Positions 14,450 to 28,598 of a stretch of DNA of 64,000 nt are shown in pieces. The position numbers and the translations under genes are program-made. The stretch covers positions 46,934,001 through 46,998,000 of the forward strand of contig NC_043008.1 of assembly GCF_006345805.1 (NCBI RefSeq), read 5' to 3'. Position 1 is the first letter of the stretch. Every line of letters starts with the position of its first letter. The notes under the pieces are model-generated. The model ran no database searches. It saw only the letters and a list, made by a program, of their open reading frames with translations, and was not told the origin of the DNA. Source of the DNA: Octopus sinensis. Taxonomy: Eukaryota.

Positions 14450-15833
14450 ATATTATATAGATACATATAATATACATATATAGATATATACATATATATA
14501 TACATATATATATATTACATATATATAACATATATATACATATATATATACATATTATATATATACATATATATATATCATATATATATACATATATATA
14601 CATAGTATATACATATATATATAGATTATATATATACATATATTTATACATATATATACATATATATATACAATATATATACATATATATATACATATAT
14701 TTATGATACAGATTATATATACATATATATATAACATATATATATACATATATATATACATAATTTAATACATATAATTTATATACATAATATTATATAT
14801 ATATACATATACATATATATATACATATATATATACATATATATATATAACATATATATATACATATATATTACATATATATACATATATATAATACATA
14901 GAGATACATATATATATACATATATATATATACATATATATATACATATATATATACATATATATAGACCATATAATATACATATATAGACATATATATA
15001 TATATAATATATATATACATATATATACATATATAAATATAATATATATATATATATATAACATATATATATAGATACATAGATATATACATAGATATAC
15101 ATATATATATAATATATATCATTACATATATATACATAGATATATACATATATATATTAACATATATATACATATATATATACATATATATATAATATAT
15201 ATACATATATATATACATATATTATAGATATACAACATAATAATATAAATATAGATACATATATATATACATATATATTATATATACATATATTATACAT
15301 AATATAATATATATACATATATATACAATCTATATATACATATATATTCTAATACATATATATATATATATATACATATTATATATATATATATATATAA
15401 CATATATATATATTATATACATATATATATAGATATATATAATATATATATATACATATATATACATATATATATATACGTATATATACATACATTAATA
15501 TATACATATATATACATATATAGAACATATATATATTGACATATTATATATTATATACATATATATACATTATATATATATATCGTATATATACATATAT
15601 ATATATACGTATATATACATATAATTAATTATATCTACATATATATACATATATATATATAATACATATATATACATATATATATATATATATACAATAT
15701 ATATATATATATATATATACTATATACTATATATATATATATACATATATATATGCATATTATTATATATATATATATATATATATACATATATTATATA
15801 ATACATATATATATATATACATATATATGCATA

Positions 15834-15871
<38 letters not shown>

Positions 15872-15907
15872 CATATATATAATTATATTATATATAATAT
15901 ATATACT

Positions 15908-15946
<39 letters not shown>

Positions 15947-16377
15947 TATATATATTATAGATACATATATATATACATATATATATAATATATATACATA
16001 TATATATATATACATATGTATATTATATATATGTATATATATAATATATTATATGTTATATATATATATATATATATACATATATTATATAATACATATA
16101 TATATATACAGATATATATATAATATATATTATATACATTATATATATATATACATAATATATATATACATATATATTATATACTATATATATATACATA
16201 TATTATATATATATATATATATATACAATATATATATATACATATATATATAAATATATATATATATACAATTATATATTTATATTACATATTATATATA
16301 TTTATATATACATTATATATATATATACATATATAATATATATATATATATATATAATATATATATTAGATATATAT
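14450..16377. repeat. 1.9-kb TA array
   Basis: Direct inspection. Confidence 0.95.
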
Positions 16378-19300
16378 AAATCCTTAAATCCTTAAAAATG
16401 TTTAGCCCGAAGGCCGCGGCATGCTGGGGCACACCGCTGAATGAGCCACACTAGTTTGTGAATCCACCTCTGATACGTGGCACTGATCACAAGGAGTTCG
16501 ATGCTGCTGCCCGCATCCGCGTCTCCTGTCGTGATAGGTTCTTCTGGATTCCAACAAGAAGATATCCGTTTAGTTTTAAAGAAACCCAAATACATGTAAG
16601 TCTCTCAGGAATTTAGGGAGGATGTTGAAAAGCTGTGGCCTGAAACCCAAGCTGTGCAGTATCTGGACCGGTATTTGATGGTGATGTGGAATCCTTGGCA
16701 CACGCAGCGGCCGCCCCGTTCTGCGGTTGGAGTAATTTGAATGCCAAAGTTTGGGATAGACCTCCAGGATGCCAGATGTATATTACTGCATATCTCTTCC
16801 CGCATCCGCTCCAGGGAGAAGAGGTTTAATACACTTCAGTCTTTCCAGTAGCTGACATTTTGCATTGAGACGATTTTCTTTGTGTAGCTTCTCTGAGTTG
16901 CTTCGAGTTCTGCGGTTGTTTTATATTGTGTGGTGACCAAAAGTTGGGGATAGTAAGTACATAGTACGCGGCTGATACAAATGTTTTCCATAGGACCATC
17001 AGTGTCTCTTTCTCTCTTGTTCTGAAAGTCGGAGAATCCATCCAGCTAGCCGTCTGCATTGTATACCCAGATTAGCAATATGCATTTTAAAGCGGATTCA
17101 TTGTAATGTCAATGCCAGGTCACGCATGATTTTGACTCAGGGATTGCAATCTTCTGGGCCAGGTATCCAGTCTTACGTCATTACCTTTGTGTGCCCGTAG
17201 CGAGGGCCTGGAACTTAACCTGCATTAAACTGATGTTGTTTCTCAGCCCACTCTGATATTGTGTCCAGCTCATGTGCAGATGCGCAATATTTTCAGGGTT
17301 CTGTATTGCGTGGGAGACCTTTGTGTCATCTGCATAGCTAGCAAGGGTGGTCATCGTAGCAAATGAAGGCATGTCTGAAAGGGCCACTATGAACATCAGT
17401 GGCCCCAAGGACAGTGCCCTGTGGGGACACCGCTTGTTATTTGCGTTTCCCTGGAGGTGGCTCCATTGCTCACACTGCCTGTTTTCTGTCTTTTAGGAAG
17501 TTGTGCAGCCACTCTCCAAGTTCCCGCCTATGCCGAGACCACGCAGTTTTATGACAGATCATACCATGGTCGACTTACAAAGGCTTTTGCAAAGTCAAGA
17601 TATATTACATCCACATTTGAGCCATTTAGTAGCTGTTTCAACACCCAGTCATAGTGCTCAGGAGCTGTGTTAGGCAGCCTCTACCTGGTCGAAATCCATG
17701 CGGGTGTCAGACAGTAAGTCATTTGCTTCAAGGAACATGATTTAGTTTTTACGGGACTATTCGTTCCATGACTTTGCTGATGGTGAGGTCAGAGCGAGAT
17801 AGGCCTATAATTTTAGCATCTGCTCTGCTACCTCCCTTATGGATAGGGCATATTACCCCCTCTTTCAGTTTGACGGAGCTTACCACTTGCAGAAAGCTCT
17901 GAAAAAGAAGCTGTAGCGGTTTGCAAGGGCTCGTTTGCACGATTTGAGAAGGATCGCTGGGATCCATCAGTCAGCAGCTGAGTTGTGTCAATCTCATCAA
18001 TGGCTTCTTCGATGTTGATGTACTCAATTTTGTCTCTTTGGCCGCTGGTTAAGTGCGCAAAGAATTCTTTGGGTTGTTTACTTGCCTGTGTCCTAGAGGT
18101 GTAGTGAACACACTTTGGAACTGTTCGTTCAGTATTTCACTTATCCTCGTGGGATTTCCTGTGAGAGGGCCATGTTTTGGAAAGAGAGGTCCTATTCTCT
18201 GGTGCACTGTGGCTGTCTCTTGGCAAACTTAAAGAAAGCTTTAGGGTTTGATTTTATATTTCATTACCAAAGCTTCTTTATCTGCTCTCTCCTTTTCATG
18301 GGACTGATGTAGACTTTTCTCAGTTTCCATAGCATTCTTCGAGCCGAGACTTCTCACCACTTTTGGTGTGCTTGCTCAGGCGGTTTGCAATCCTTGTCCG
18401 TCGTCTCATAAGAATCTCCTTTCTCTAGGGATCCTGTTTTATTCTTGTGTGTGCTGGCCCTTGCACATTGGGACATATTTGTCACATATGGCTTGTATTA
18501 TGGACATGAAGTGTTTGTGTTTCATGTTTTGTCCGGTGTGGAGAGACATTCAGGCCAATCCTGTTTGAGGATCTCTGCTCAATCGACTTCCAGTTGGCTT
18601 TATGAAAGTTTAAGTTGGAGAGATGGTGGTGCTTCGTATAGGATGTGTGTCTTGCGGGGCTTTGTTCCATACTAGACAGCTCTATTATGTTGTGATCTGA
18701 GGATCATTGTCGGCATCACATTAACATTATGGATAATATCCATATTGTTTGTAAAGCACGATTCCGTATATTATCTGCCTTGTTGGTTGCAGAACTATTT
18801 GCTCCATGAAAGAGGTATTGTGCGATGGAGCAGGGACTCCACCTGTGCCTGCTGATGGTGTGTGTCATCCCTGGAGCATCTGCCCCCCAGGCCATTCCAC
18901 ATTGGGGAGGTTAAGTCACCCATGAAGAATACACTGTTGTGCTGTTCAAGGTTGGTGAGGACTTCTCCTATTTTTGTTAGGCAGTCTTCAAACATGCCTG
19001 AGTGTTTTGGGGCGTCTGGTGGGCGATATGTAGTGCATATGACGATATTCAGTGTCTTATGTGTACAATTTGAGTTTCACATACTGAGTTTGAATATGAC
19101 AGCAGGACCTGGGGCGTGAGGTCATCTCGGATGTACATTGCAACTCCACCATGGCTCCTCCCTTTTCTATCTGTGCGTATGACTGCATATTGCGGAAGGC
19201 ATGTGTATTTCTGCATCACCTATATCGGGGTTTCAAGATGCGTTTATGTGAGTGCCATGCATATAGCTTGATTGCATGTCACAAGGTCTTCAGGAATGAA

Positions 19301-19471
19301 TTTCTTTTTACAGTTTCCGCGCAGCAGCCCTCCTACATTCAGTAGAAATATTTTTGTTGTGTGTGGTGTTGGTGTTGGTGTCTGTGGTGGCCATCCTGCA
19401 TCTGTTGGAGGGGGGCCTTATGTGGTGGTAGTTCCAGCTTTGTGCTTGTAGCCAGGTCAGCTGTGAACAAT
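16378..19471 (-). mobile_element. CR1-group LINE, family B, near full-length ORF2, heavily frameshifted
   Basis: Fragments of APE (YRPP, FMGD, SDHNII), RT (LASYADDTK, GPLMFI) and C-terminus; tail (TTTAAGGA)n like 23086-24325. Confidence 0.9.
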
Positions 19472-19632
19472 GATATATACATATTAATATATATAATATA
19501 TATATATATACATATAATATATATACTACGTATACATATATATATACATATATATAACTATATGTATTATATGCATAGATATATATATATATATACATAT
19601 ATATATACGTATATGTATATATATATACGTAT

Positions 19633-19665
<33 letters not shown>

Positions 19666-19756
19666 ATATATATATTATATATATATATATATATACATTA
19701 ATATATATATTATAATATATATATATATAGATACATAATATATATATCTAAATATA

Positions 19757-19790
<34 letters not shown>

Positions 19791-19849
19791 CATATACATA
19801 TAATATATATACTATATATATATATATATATACATACTATATATATATA

Positions 19850-19880
<31 letters not shown>

Positions 19881-20004
19881 ACATATATATATATACATAT
19901 ATATATACAATATATATAAATATATATATATACATATATATATATACATATATATATATACATATATTATATACATATATATATATATACATATATATAT
20001 ATAC

Positions 20005-20092
<88 letters not shown>
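19472..20092. repeat. TA array
   Basis: Direct inspection. Confidence 0.95.
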
Positions 20093-20094
<2 letters not shown>

Positions 20095-21294
20095 TGATTT
20101 GATTTTGATCTGATTTTGACTTTCCATTTTCCGCTAATGAGCTGTGGCCATGCTGGGGGCACCGCCATTTGGTTTGCTACACGGTTTACCTCACGGATGC
20201 TTTTTAGCAAACGCCATCTGATGCATGAGAGAGTTCGATGCAGCTGCCTCATCTGCACCTCCTGCTGTGAAGTTGGTTCATCCGCGACACCTGACAGGAA
20301 GAGATCCAGTCCTACTTTAAAGACATTCCGAATCTACACCATGGCAGGTCCCTCAGGTTCTTCGGGAGGATATTGAAGAGCCGTGGGCCTCTGAAGCCCA
20401 GGCTATCACAATATCTTGTCCTACATCTTGATGGCCAAATTTGGAGTCCTTGGTACTACGCAGTGGCGTCCGGTTCTGGCATTGTGTGACTCGCGATGCC
20501 AAAGTCTGGGGACAAGACATTCCAGGATCTTCCAGATATATGTTATGGCATATCTTTCTACGCCTCCCAGGGAATAGAGCTTTAAATCTCTTGAGTCTTC
20601 TCCAGTAGCTCATATGCTGCACAGAGGCTATCTTCTTCGTGTAGCTTCGTTGGATCGCCTCAGTTCTGTGATCAACTTGACACTGGATGGTGACCATGGC
20701 CTGAGAGCAATAGTCAAAGTGGCTTAGGACAAGTGTCTTCCAGAGGACCATCATGGTTTCTTGTTCTCTTGTCTAAAGGTTCAGAAGAATCCATCCAGCC
20801 AGCCGTCTACATTTCATTGTCAGTTTAGCAACATGTACATGAAAGGTCGCGTCATCACTCATGTGAATACCCAGGGCACGCAATGATGTGCCTCTGGGAT
20901 TGCAATCCCTCCGGGTCCAGTGTATTCATTGGGTATTGCATTCGTTTTGCAATGCTGATAGTATTAAGCTTGAAACTTTCAGCATTGAACTGCATGCTAT
21001 TCTTTTCAGCCACTTGTATATTTCGTCCAGCTCACATTGCAGGTGCTTAGGTCTTCAGGGTTCTGTATTGCCTGTCAAAACTTTTGTATCATCTGCATAA
21101 CTTGTGATCGTGGGTCTCTGCGTGGCTGAGGGCAGTCTGAGAGGGCCATTTGAACAGTAGTGGTCCCAAAACAGTGCCCTGCGGAACACCGCTCACTATT
21201 GCGTGCTAATGTAAGTGACCCATTGGCTAGTACACACTGACTTCTATTCTTCAGAAAGTCTTGAAGCCATTCTCCTAGTTTTCCAACTATGCCA

Positions 21295-21297
<3 letters not shown>
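20093..21297 (-). mobile_element. CR1-group LINE, family A, indel-rich copy
   Basis: Aligns by eye to 32024-33230; 5' end joins a (TC)n tract. Confidence 0.9.
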
Positions 21298-21334
<37 letters not shown>

Positions 21335-21602
21335 TGATAATAATCTATATATATATATATATATAGTATATATATATATATATATATATACATATATTAT
21401 ACACACATATATATATATATATATACATGTATTTATATATACATATATATATATATACATATATATACATATATATATATGTATATATATATACATGTAT
21501 TTATATATATATATATATAGATACATATATATTATATATACAAATATATATATACACACATATATATATATATACATATATATATATACATGTATATATA
21601 CG

Positions 21603-21634
<32 letters not shown>

Positions 21635-21976
21635 CATGTATATGTACATATATATATACATATATATATGCATATATACATATATATGTATACATATATA
21701 TATATATGCATATATACATATATATATATACATATATATATATACATATATATATACATATATATATACATATATATATACATATACCTTTACATATATA
21801 TATATATAAACATATATATATATACATATATATATATACATATATATACATATATATATACATATATATACATATAGATATATACACATATATATACATA
21901 TATATATATACATATATAAATATATACATATATATATATATACATATATTATATACATATATATATATATATATAC

Positions 21977-22008
<32 letters not shown>

Positions 22009-22069
22009 CAGTATATATATATACATATATATACATATATATATACCTATATATATATATACATATATG
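21298..22069. repeat. (TC)n followed by TA array
   Basis: Direct inspection. Confidence 0.95.
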
Positions 22070-22205
22070 CAATAAGGGTGGAATGTAAAAAAATTAATAA
22101 AATTAATCAATTTCACCTAGTAGATTTGTCAGTGACCAATTTTGGCTGCTATTTCTAAAATTTTCGGTATGTGGTTTTGAGCAACTTGTTGCATTTAACC
22201 CTTAA
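22070..22205. repeat. ~135-bp island between two TA arrays
   Basis: Begins AATAAGGGTG, as does the element end at ~31011; ends TTAACCCTTAA. Confidence 0.4.
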
Positions 22206-22387
22206 TTATAATTATATATATACATATATACATATACACTATATATATACATATATACATATACACATATATATACATATATATATATACATATTATATA
22301 TATACATATATATATATACATATATATATACATATATATATATACATATATATATACATATATATATATACACACATATATATATAG

Positions 22388-22430
<43 letters not shown>

Positions 22431-22540
22431 TATATACATGTAATACATATATATATATACACATATATATATATACATATATATACATATATATATATAC
22501 ACATATATATATACATATATATATATACACATATATATAT

Positions 22541-22583
<43 letters not shown>

Positions 22584-22852
22584 TATACATATATATATAT
22601 ACACATATATATATATACACATATATATATACATATATATACATATATATATATATTATACATATATATACATATATATATATACACATATATATATACT
22701 ATATATATATACATATATATATATATATACACATATATATATGGATATATATATATATATATTATATATATATATATACATATAATATATACATATATAT
22801 ACATATATATATATATATATACACTATATATATATATACATATATATAATAC

Positions 22853-22883
<31 letters not shown>

Positions 22884-23085
22884 CACACTTATATATACAT
22901 ATATATAGATACATATATATATATGTATATATATATGTATATATATATGTATATACACATGTATATATATAATTATGTATACATATATATACATACGTAT
23001 ATATATATGTATGTATATATATATACATATATATACATATATATACATATATATATGTATATATATACATATATATACATATATA
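22206..23085. repeat. TA array
   Basis: Direct inspection. Confidence 0.95.
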
Positions 23086-24325
23086 CTTTGATAAAGTCGA
23101 CCATGGTATGATCTGTCACAAACTGCGTGGTCTCGGAATAGGCGGGAAACTTGGAGAGTGGTTGCACAACTTCCTAAAAGACAGAAAACAGGCAGTTGCG
23201 AGCAATGGAGCCACCTCCAAGGAAACGCAAATAACAAGCGGTGACCCACAGGGCACTGTCTTGGGGCCACTGATGTTCATAGTGGCCCTTTCAGACATGC
23301 CTTCGGTTGCTACGATGACCACCCTTGCTAGCTATGCAGATGACACAAAAGTCTCCCACGCAATACAAAACCCTGAAAATATTGCGCATCTGCAACATGA
23401 GCTGGACACAATATACAGGTGGGCTGAGGACAACAACATGCAGTTTAATGCAGGTAAGTTCCAGGCCCTGCGCTACTGGCACACAAGGTAAATGACGTGA
23501 AGACTGGATACACTGGCCCAGGAAGAATTGCAATCCCTGAGTCAAAATCAGTGCGTGACCTGGGCATTGACATGAGCAATGATGCATCTTTCCAAATGCA
23601 TATTGCTAATCTGGTGATAAAATGCAGACGACTAGCTGGATGGATTCTCCGAACTTTCAGAACAAGAGAGAAGGAGACACTGATGGTCCTATGGAGAACA
23701 TTCGTCCTTAGCCGCTTGGACTACTGCTCCCAACTTTGGTCACCACACAATATAAAACAAACAGCAGAACTCGAAGCAACTCAGAGAAGCTATACAAAGA
23801 AAATCGTCTCAATGCAAAATGTCAGCTACTGGGAAAGACTGAAGGTATTAAACCTCTTCTCCCTGGAGCGGAGGCGGGAGAGATATGCAGTGATATACAT
23901 CTGGAAAATCCTGGAGGGTCTTGTCCCAAACTTTGGCATTCAAAGTTACTCCAGCCGCAGAACGGGGCGCCGCTGCGTGGTGCCAAGGTTTCCAACATCA
24001 CCATCAAAATACAGGTCCAGATACTGCAACAGCTTGGGTTTCAGAGGACCACAGCTCTTTAACATCCTCCCTAAATGCCTGAGAGACTTACATGGTGTGG
24101 ATGTGGGTTTCTTTAAAACTAAACTGGATCTCTTCTTGTTGGGAGTCCCAGATGAACCTACCTCACGACAGGAGACACGGATGCGGGCAGCAGCATCGAA
24201 CTCCCTTGTTGATCAAGTGCCACGTATCAGAGGTGGATTCACAAACTAGTGTAGCTCATTCAGCGGTGGTGCCCCAGCATGGCCGCGGCCTTCGGGCTAA
24301 AACATTTTTAAGGATTTTTAAGGAT
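23086..24325 (+). mobile_element. CR1-group LINE, family B, 5'-truncated (RT C-half), copy 1
   Basis: FDKVDHG...[11 protein letters not shown]...YADDTK...LERRRERY; one frameshift at ~23487; tail TTTTTAAGGATTTTTAAGGA then TA. Confidence 0.95.
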
Positions 24326-24624
24326 ATATATATATACATATATATATATACATATTTATATATATACATATATATACATATATATACATATATATATATA
24401 TACATATATACATATATATACATATATATATATATATACATATATATACATATATATATATATACATATATATACATATATATACATATACATATACATA
24501 TATATCTACACATATATATATACATATATATATGCATATATATACTTATATACATATATGAAAATACATGCATGAGAGGACCTACATAAAGCAAAACATA
24601 AACTTCTGCACGTATACATGCATG

Positions 24625-24656
<32 letters not shown>

Positions 24657-24665
24657 AATATATAT

Positions 24666-24718
<53 letters not shown>

Positions 24719-24896
24719 TATATATATATATGTATATATATATGTATATACACATGTATATATATAATTATGTATACATATATATACATACGTATATATA
24801 TATGTATGTATATATATATACATATATATACATATATATTATATATATATATATTATATATATATATATATATATACATATATATATACATATATA

Positions 24897-26134
24897 CTTT
24901 GATAAAGTCGACCATGGTATGATCTGTCACAAACTGCGTGGTCTCGGAATAGGCGGGAAACTTGGAGGTGGTTGCACAACTTCCTAAAAGACAGAAAACA
25001 GGCAGTTGCGAGCAATGGAGCCACCTCCAAGGAAACGCAAATAACAAGCGGTGACCCACAGGGCACTGTCTTGGGGCCACTGATGTTCATAGTGGCCCTT
25101 TCAGACATGCCTTCGGTTGCTACGATGACCACCCTTGCTAGCTATGCAGATGACACAAAAGTCTCCCACGCAATACAAAACCCTGAAAATATTGCGCATC
25201 TGCAACATGAGCTGGACACAATATACAGGTGGGCTGAGGACAACAACATGCAGTTTAATGCAGGTAAGTTCCAGGCCCTGCGCTACTGGCACACAAAGGT
25301 AAATGACGTGAAGACTGGATACACTGGCCCAGGAAGAATTGCAATCCCTGAGTCAAAATCAGTGCGTGACCTGGGCATTGACATGAGCAATGATGCATCT
25401 TTCCAAATGCATATTGCTAATCTGGTGATAAAATGCAGACGACTAGCTGGATGGATTCTCCGAACTTTCAGAACAAGAGAGAAGGAGACACTGATGGTCC
25501 TATGGAGAACATTCGTCCTTAGCCGCTTGGACTACTGCTCCCAACTTTGGTCACCACACAATATAAAACAAACAGCAGAACTCGAAGCAACTCAGAGAAG
25601 CTATACAAAGAAAATCGTCTCAATGCAAAATGTCAGCTACTGGGAAAGACTGAAGGTATTAAACCTCTTCTCCCTGGAGCGGAGGCGGGAGAGATATGCA
25701 GTGATATACATCTGGAAAATCCTGGAGGGTCTTGTCCCAAACTTTGGCATTCAAAGTTACTCCAGCCGCAGAACGGGGCGCCGCTGCGTGGTGCCAAGGT
25801 TTCCAACATCACCATCAAAATACAGGTCCAGATACTGCAACAGCTTGGGTTTCAGAGGACCACAGCTCTTAACATCCTCCCTAAATGCCTGAGAGACTTA
25901 CATGGTGTGGATGTGGGTTTCTTTAAAACTAAACTGGATCTCTTCTTGTTGGAGTCCCAGATGAACCTACCTCACGACAGGAGACACGGATGCGGGCAGC
26001 AGCATCGAACTCCCTTGTTGATCAAGTGCCACGTATCAGAGGTGGATTCACAAACTAGTGTAGCTCATTCAGCGGTGGTGCCCCAGCATGGCCGCGGCCT
26101 TCGGGCTAAAACATTTTTAAGGATTTTTAAGGAT
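24897..26134 (+). mobile_element. CR1-group LINE, family B, copy 2 (tandem duplicate)
   Basis: Same 5' truncation point and flanks as copy 1, offset ~1811 bp; differences seen are single-base indels. Confidence 0.95.
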
Positions 26135-26434
26135 ATATATATATACATATATATATATACATATTTATATATATACATATATATACATATATATACATAT
26201 ATATTATATATATATATATATACATATATATACATATATATATATATATACATATATATACATATATATATATACATATATATACATATATATACATATA
26301 CATATACATATATATCTACACATATATATATACATATATATATGCATATATATACTTATATACATATATGAAAATACATGCATGAGAGGACCTACATAAA
26401 GCAAAACATAAACTTCTGCACGTATACATGCATG

Positions 26435-26466
<32 letters not shown>

Positions 26467-26483
26467 AATATATATATATATAT

Positions 26484-26680
26484 GAGTCGCCACGATAGAT
26501 CGGTAGCCACTACACACGTTATTTTCTCCCCTTGTTTCTTTCTGTCTTACTTTCTGTGGAAGAGCGTAGGCTCGAAACGTAAAAGACTTTTCCAATTCCT
26601 GAGCGTTATACTAATACATCTGTTTGTTTTCTACACTACCTGTCTTCGTCTTTTGTGTATTTCGTGAATTCATCCTATCT
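26484..26680 (+). mobile_element. Short non-coding element with hammerhead-like motif (Penelope pLTR-like)
   Basis: Flanked by (TA)n on both sides; contains the motif at 26550-26585. Confidence 0.55.
26550..26585 (+). ncRNA. Minimal type I hammerhead ribozyme, A6->U variant
   Basis: CUUU-CUGUGGA-A-GAGC(GUAG)GCUC-GAAAC-GUA-AAAG: stem I 4 bp, stem II 4 bp, palindromic ACGU helix III; one core mismatch. Confidence 0.6.
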
Positions 26681-28395
26681 ATATATATATATATACATGC
26701 ATGTATATGTGCAGAACTTTATGTTTTGCTTTATGCAGGTTCTCTCTTGCATGTATTTTCATATCTAGATATGAATATATACTTACAAGCTCATATATGC
26801 TTACATGATAATCTTCTGGAAAGTTTTACAGATTGTTACAGTTCCGGCGAGAGGTTGAATCTGCACGTACGCATGCATGCACATGTGTCTTGCGCGTCTA
26901 TGAGAAAAAGTGCACTTGGCCTAACAGAACTCTTTAACGACGCCATCTCAATTGTGTAGCTTCAAGTGACATGTGAAAGGCTCTATGAAATGGTAGCCAT
27001 ATTTATTGAACATATTTTCCACCAGAGGTTCACCGTGTTAATTACCAGAATGACTACAGATCACAAATATGATTTACAATTCAGGCTTTCAAAGTGAAAG
27101 CTTCAAATCTGTCACCAATTTCCCCAGTAATTAAGCGAGACCACAACCGACAGGTTCATACAGTTGGTGAGTGTTTGGGAAATATTAATTATTATAAATA
27201 TTTTTAAAAACAGTGAATGGAAATTTCCCTTGTGCGTTTTATCAAATGAAGTGAAAGATTTTGTGAACAGCCGACTAACGATATTCAACCTAAAATTTAA
27301 TAAACGCTATTTAAATCTGGTTCCATAATTGATTAATGCATGATATGTAGAGACACGGAAATCAATTCAGGGGTGTTGGCCATAAATTGGAAAGGAAATA
27401 TGTCCTCCTGCATTTCTCAATTCACAGGATTTCTCACCTTCAAAATTAGTGTTGTGATACTTAGGCCACTACATCCTCACCAACTGCTGCTATATTTCGC
27501 CCCCTCTCTCTCTCTCCCTTACTCCTATTACTCTGTCTGTCTTTCTCTATCTCTCTTCGTGTTTTCTCTCTCTCTCTCTCACTCTTACTTTTCTTTCTCG
27601 CTTCATTCTCTCTCGTTCAATTTCAATCATAACAGTTTCACGTGTAATACAATCGTTGATAAACGACATATAATATTTTAAGTCAACACAACAAAAAACT
27701 AAATATTTTACTCTGCCGATCCTTTAGCGTTTGACAATGATTTTACAACGAATTTCTTTACACCGTTTTTTTTCTTTTTTCATGTCTCATTGCACGCGAA
27801 TAATATTCTCTAGAATTAAAAGTTACCCCCACAAAACTCGTCAATCTTCTTTTAATTACTTTTCTTACTTTTAAAGTAATTCCCGCCAACTGATGAATAT
27901 CTCGTACGCAATGTAATCTGTCATAAACAACAAACATCTTTCTCATCATTAAGCTTGTATCCTCCGGTGTAATTTTAGTGCTATCTAAAAATAAATGGAC
28001 TGTAATCTTCCGACATAAATGGATAATCTACCGACCGTGAACGCTATGACATATTCAAAAATATTATTCGACTTCGTGGAAAAATTCTTCGACCTGTAGA
28101 TCCATTTCCAGTTGCCATGTCACAGTATTTATTGATGTAGTATGCGCTAAACCGTCACTATGTACGTTTAAGTCGATATAACTTTAAATCATCTACGCCT
28201 AATTTCGCATTGGCGATCCTCTGTCACGGTTTTGATTTAAATTCTTTTAAAACCTGTTGGTTATCAACCTTGGAATACCCTTCTTATTAAGACACAATTT
28301 TCTTAAAATTATTTCCTATTTCAGCGAAACAGTAATAATTGGAAGATCGTGTGGAACTGTCATCATTTTAAGATATACCTCTGTCTGAGACTCAT

Positions 28396-28598
28396 TTCAA
28401 ATATTAGCACAAGGCCAGCAATTTCAGATGAGGAAATAAATCGATGATATCAACTCCAATGTTAAATTAACTTAGTGCATATTTCATCAACCCTGAAAGG
28501 ATGAAAAGAAAATTCGACTTCGGCGGAATCTGAACTCAGAAGAAATGTCGATAAGCGCGTTTCCCGGCGCAGTAACGATTCTGCCAGCTAGCCTCCTT
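28396..28598 (-). mobile_element. tRNA-derived SINE (family 1)
   Basis: rc begins GGAGGCTAGCTGGCAGAATCGTT and ends ...GGCCTTGTGCTAATATTTGAA; homologous to 50077 and 60549. Confidence 0.75.

Larger units (their letters stand above)
26370..26760. repeat. 65-bp inverted repeat pair (26370-26434 / 26696-26760)
   Basis: GAAAATACATGCATGAGAGGACCTACATAAAGCAAAACATAAACTTCTGCACGTATACATGCATG versus the rc of the right arm: about 5 mismatches. Confidence 0.85.

Noticed and set aside
23081-23095. TATACTTTGATA at the family-B 5' junction equals the family-C tail junction (10596-10608)
   Set aside because: CTTTGATA is native to the LINE FDK codons, so the short match is most likely coincidence
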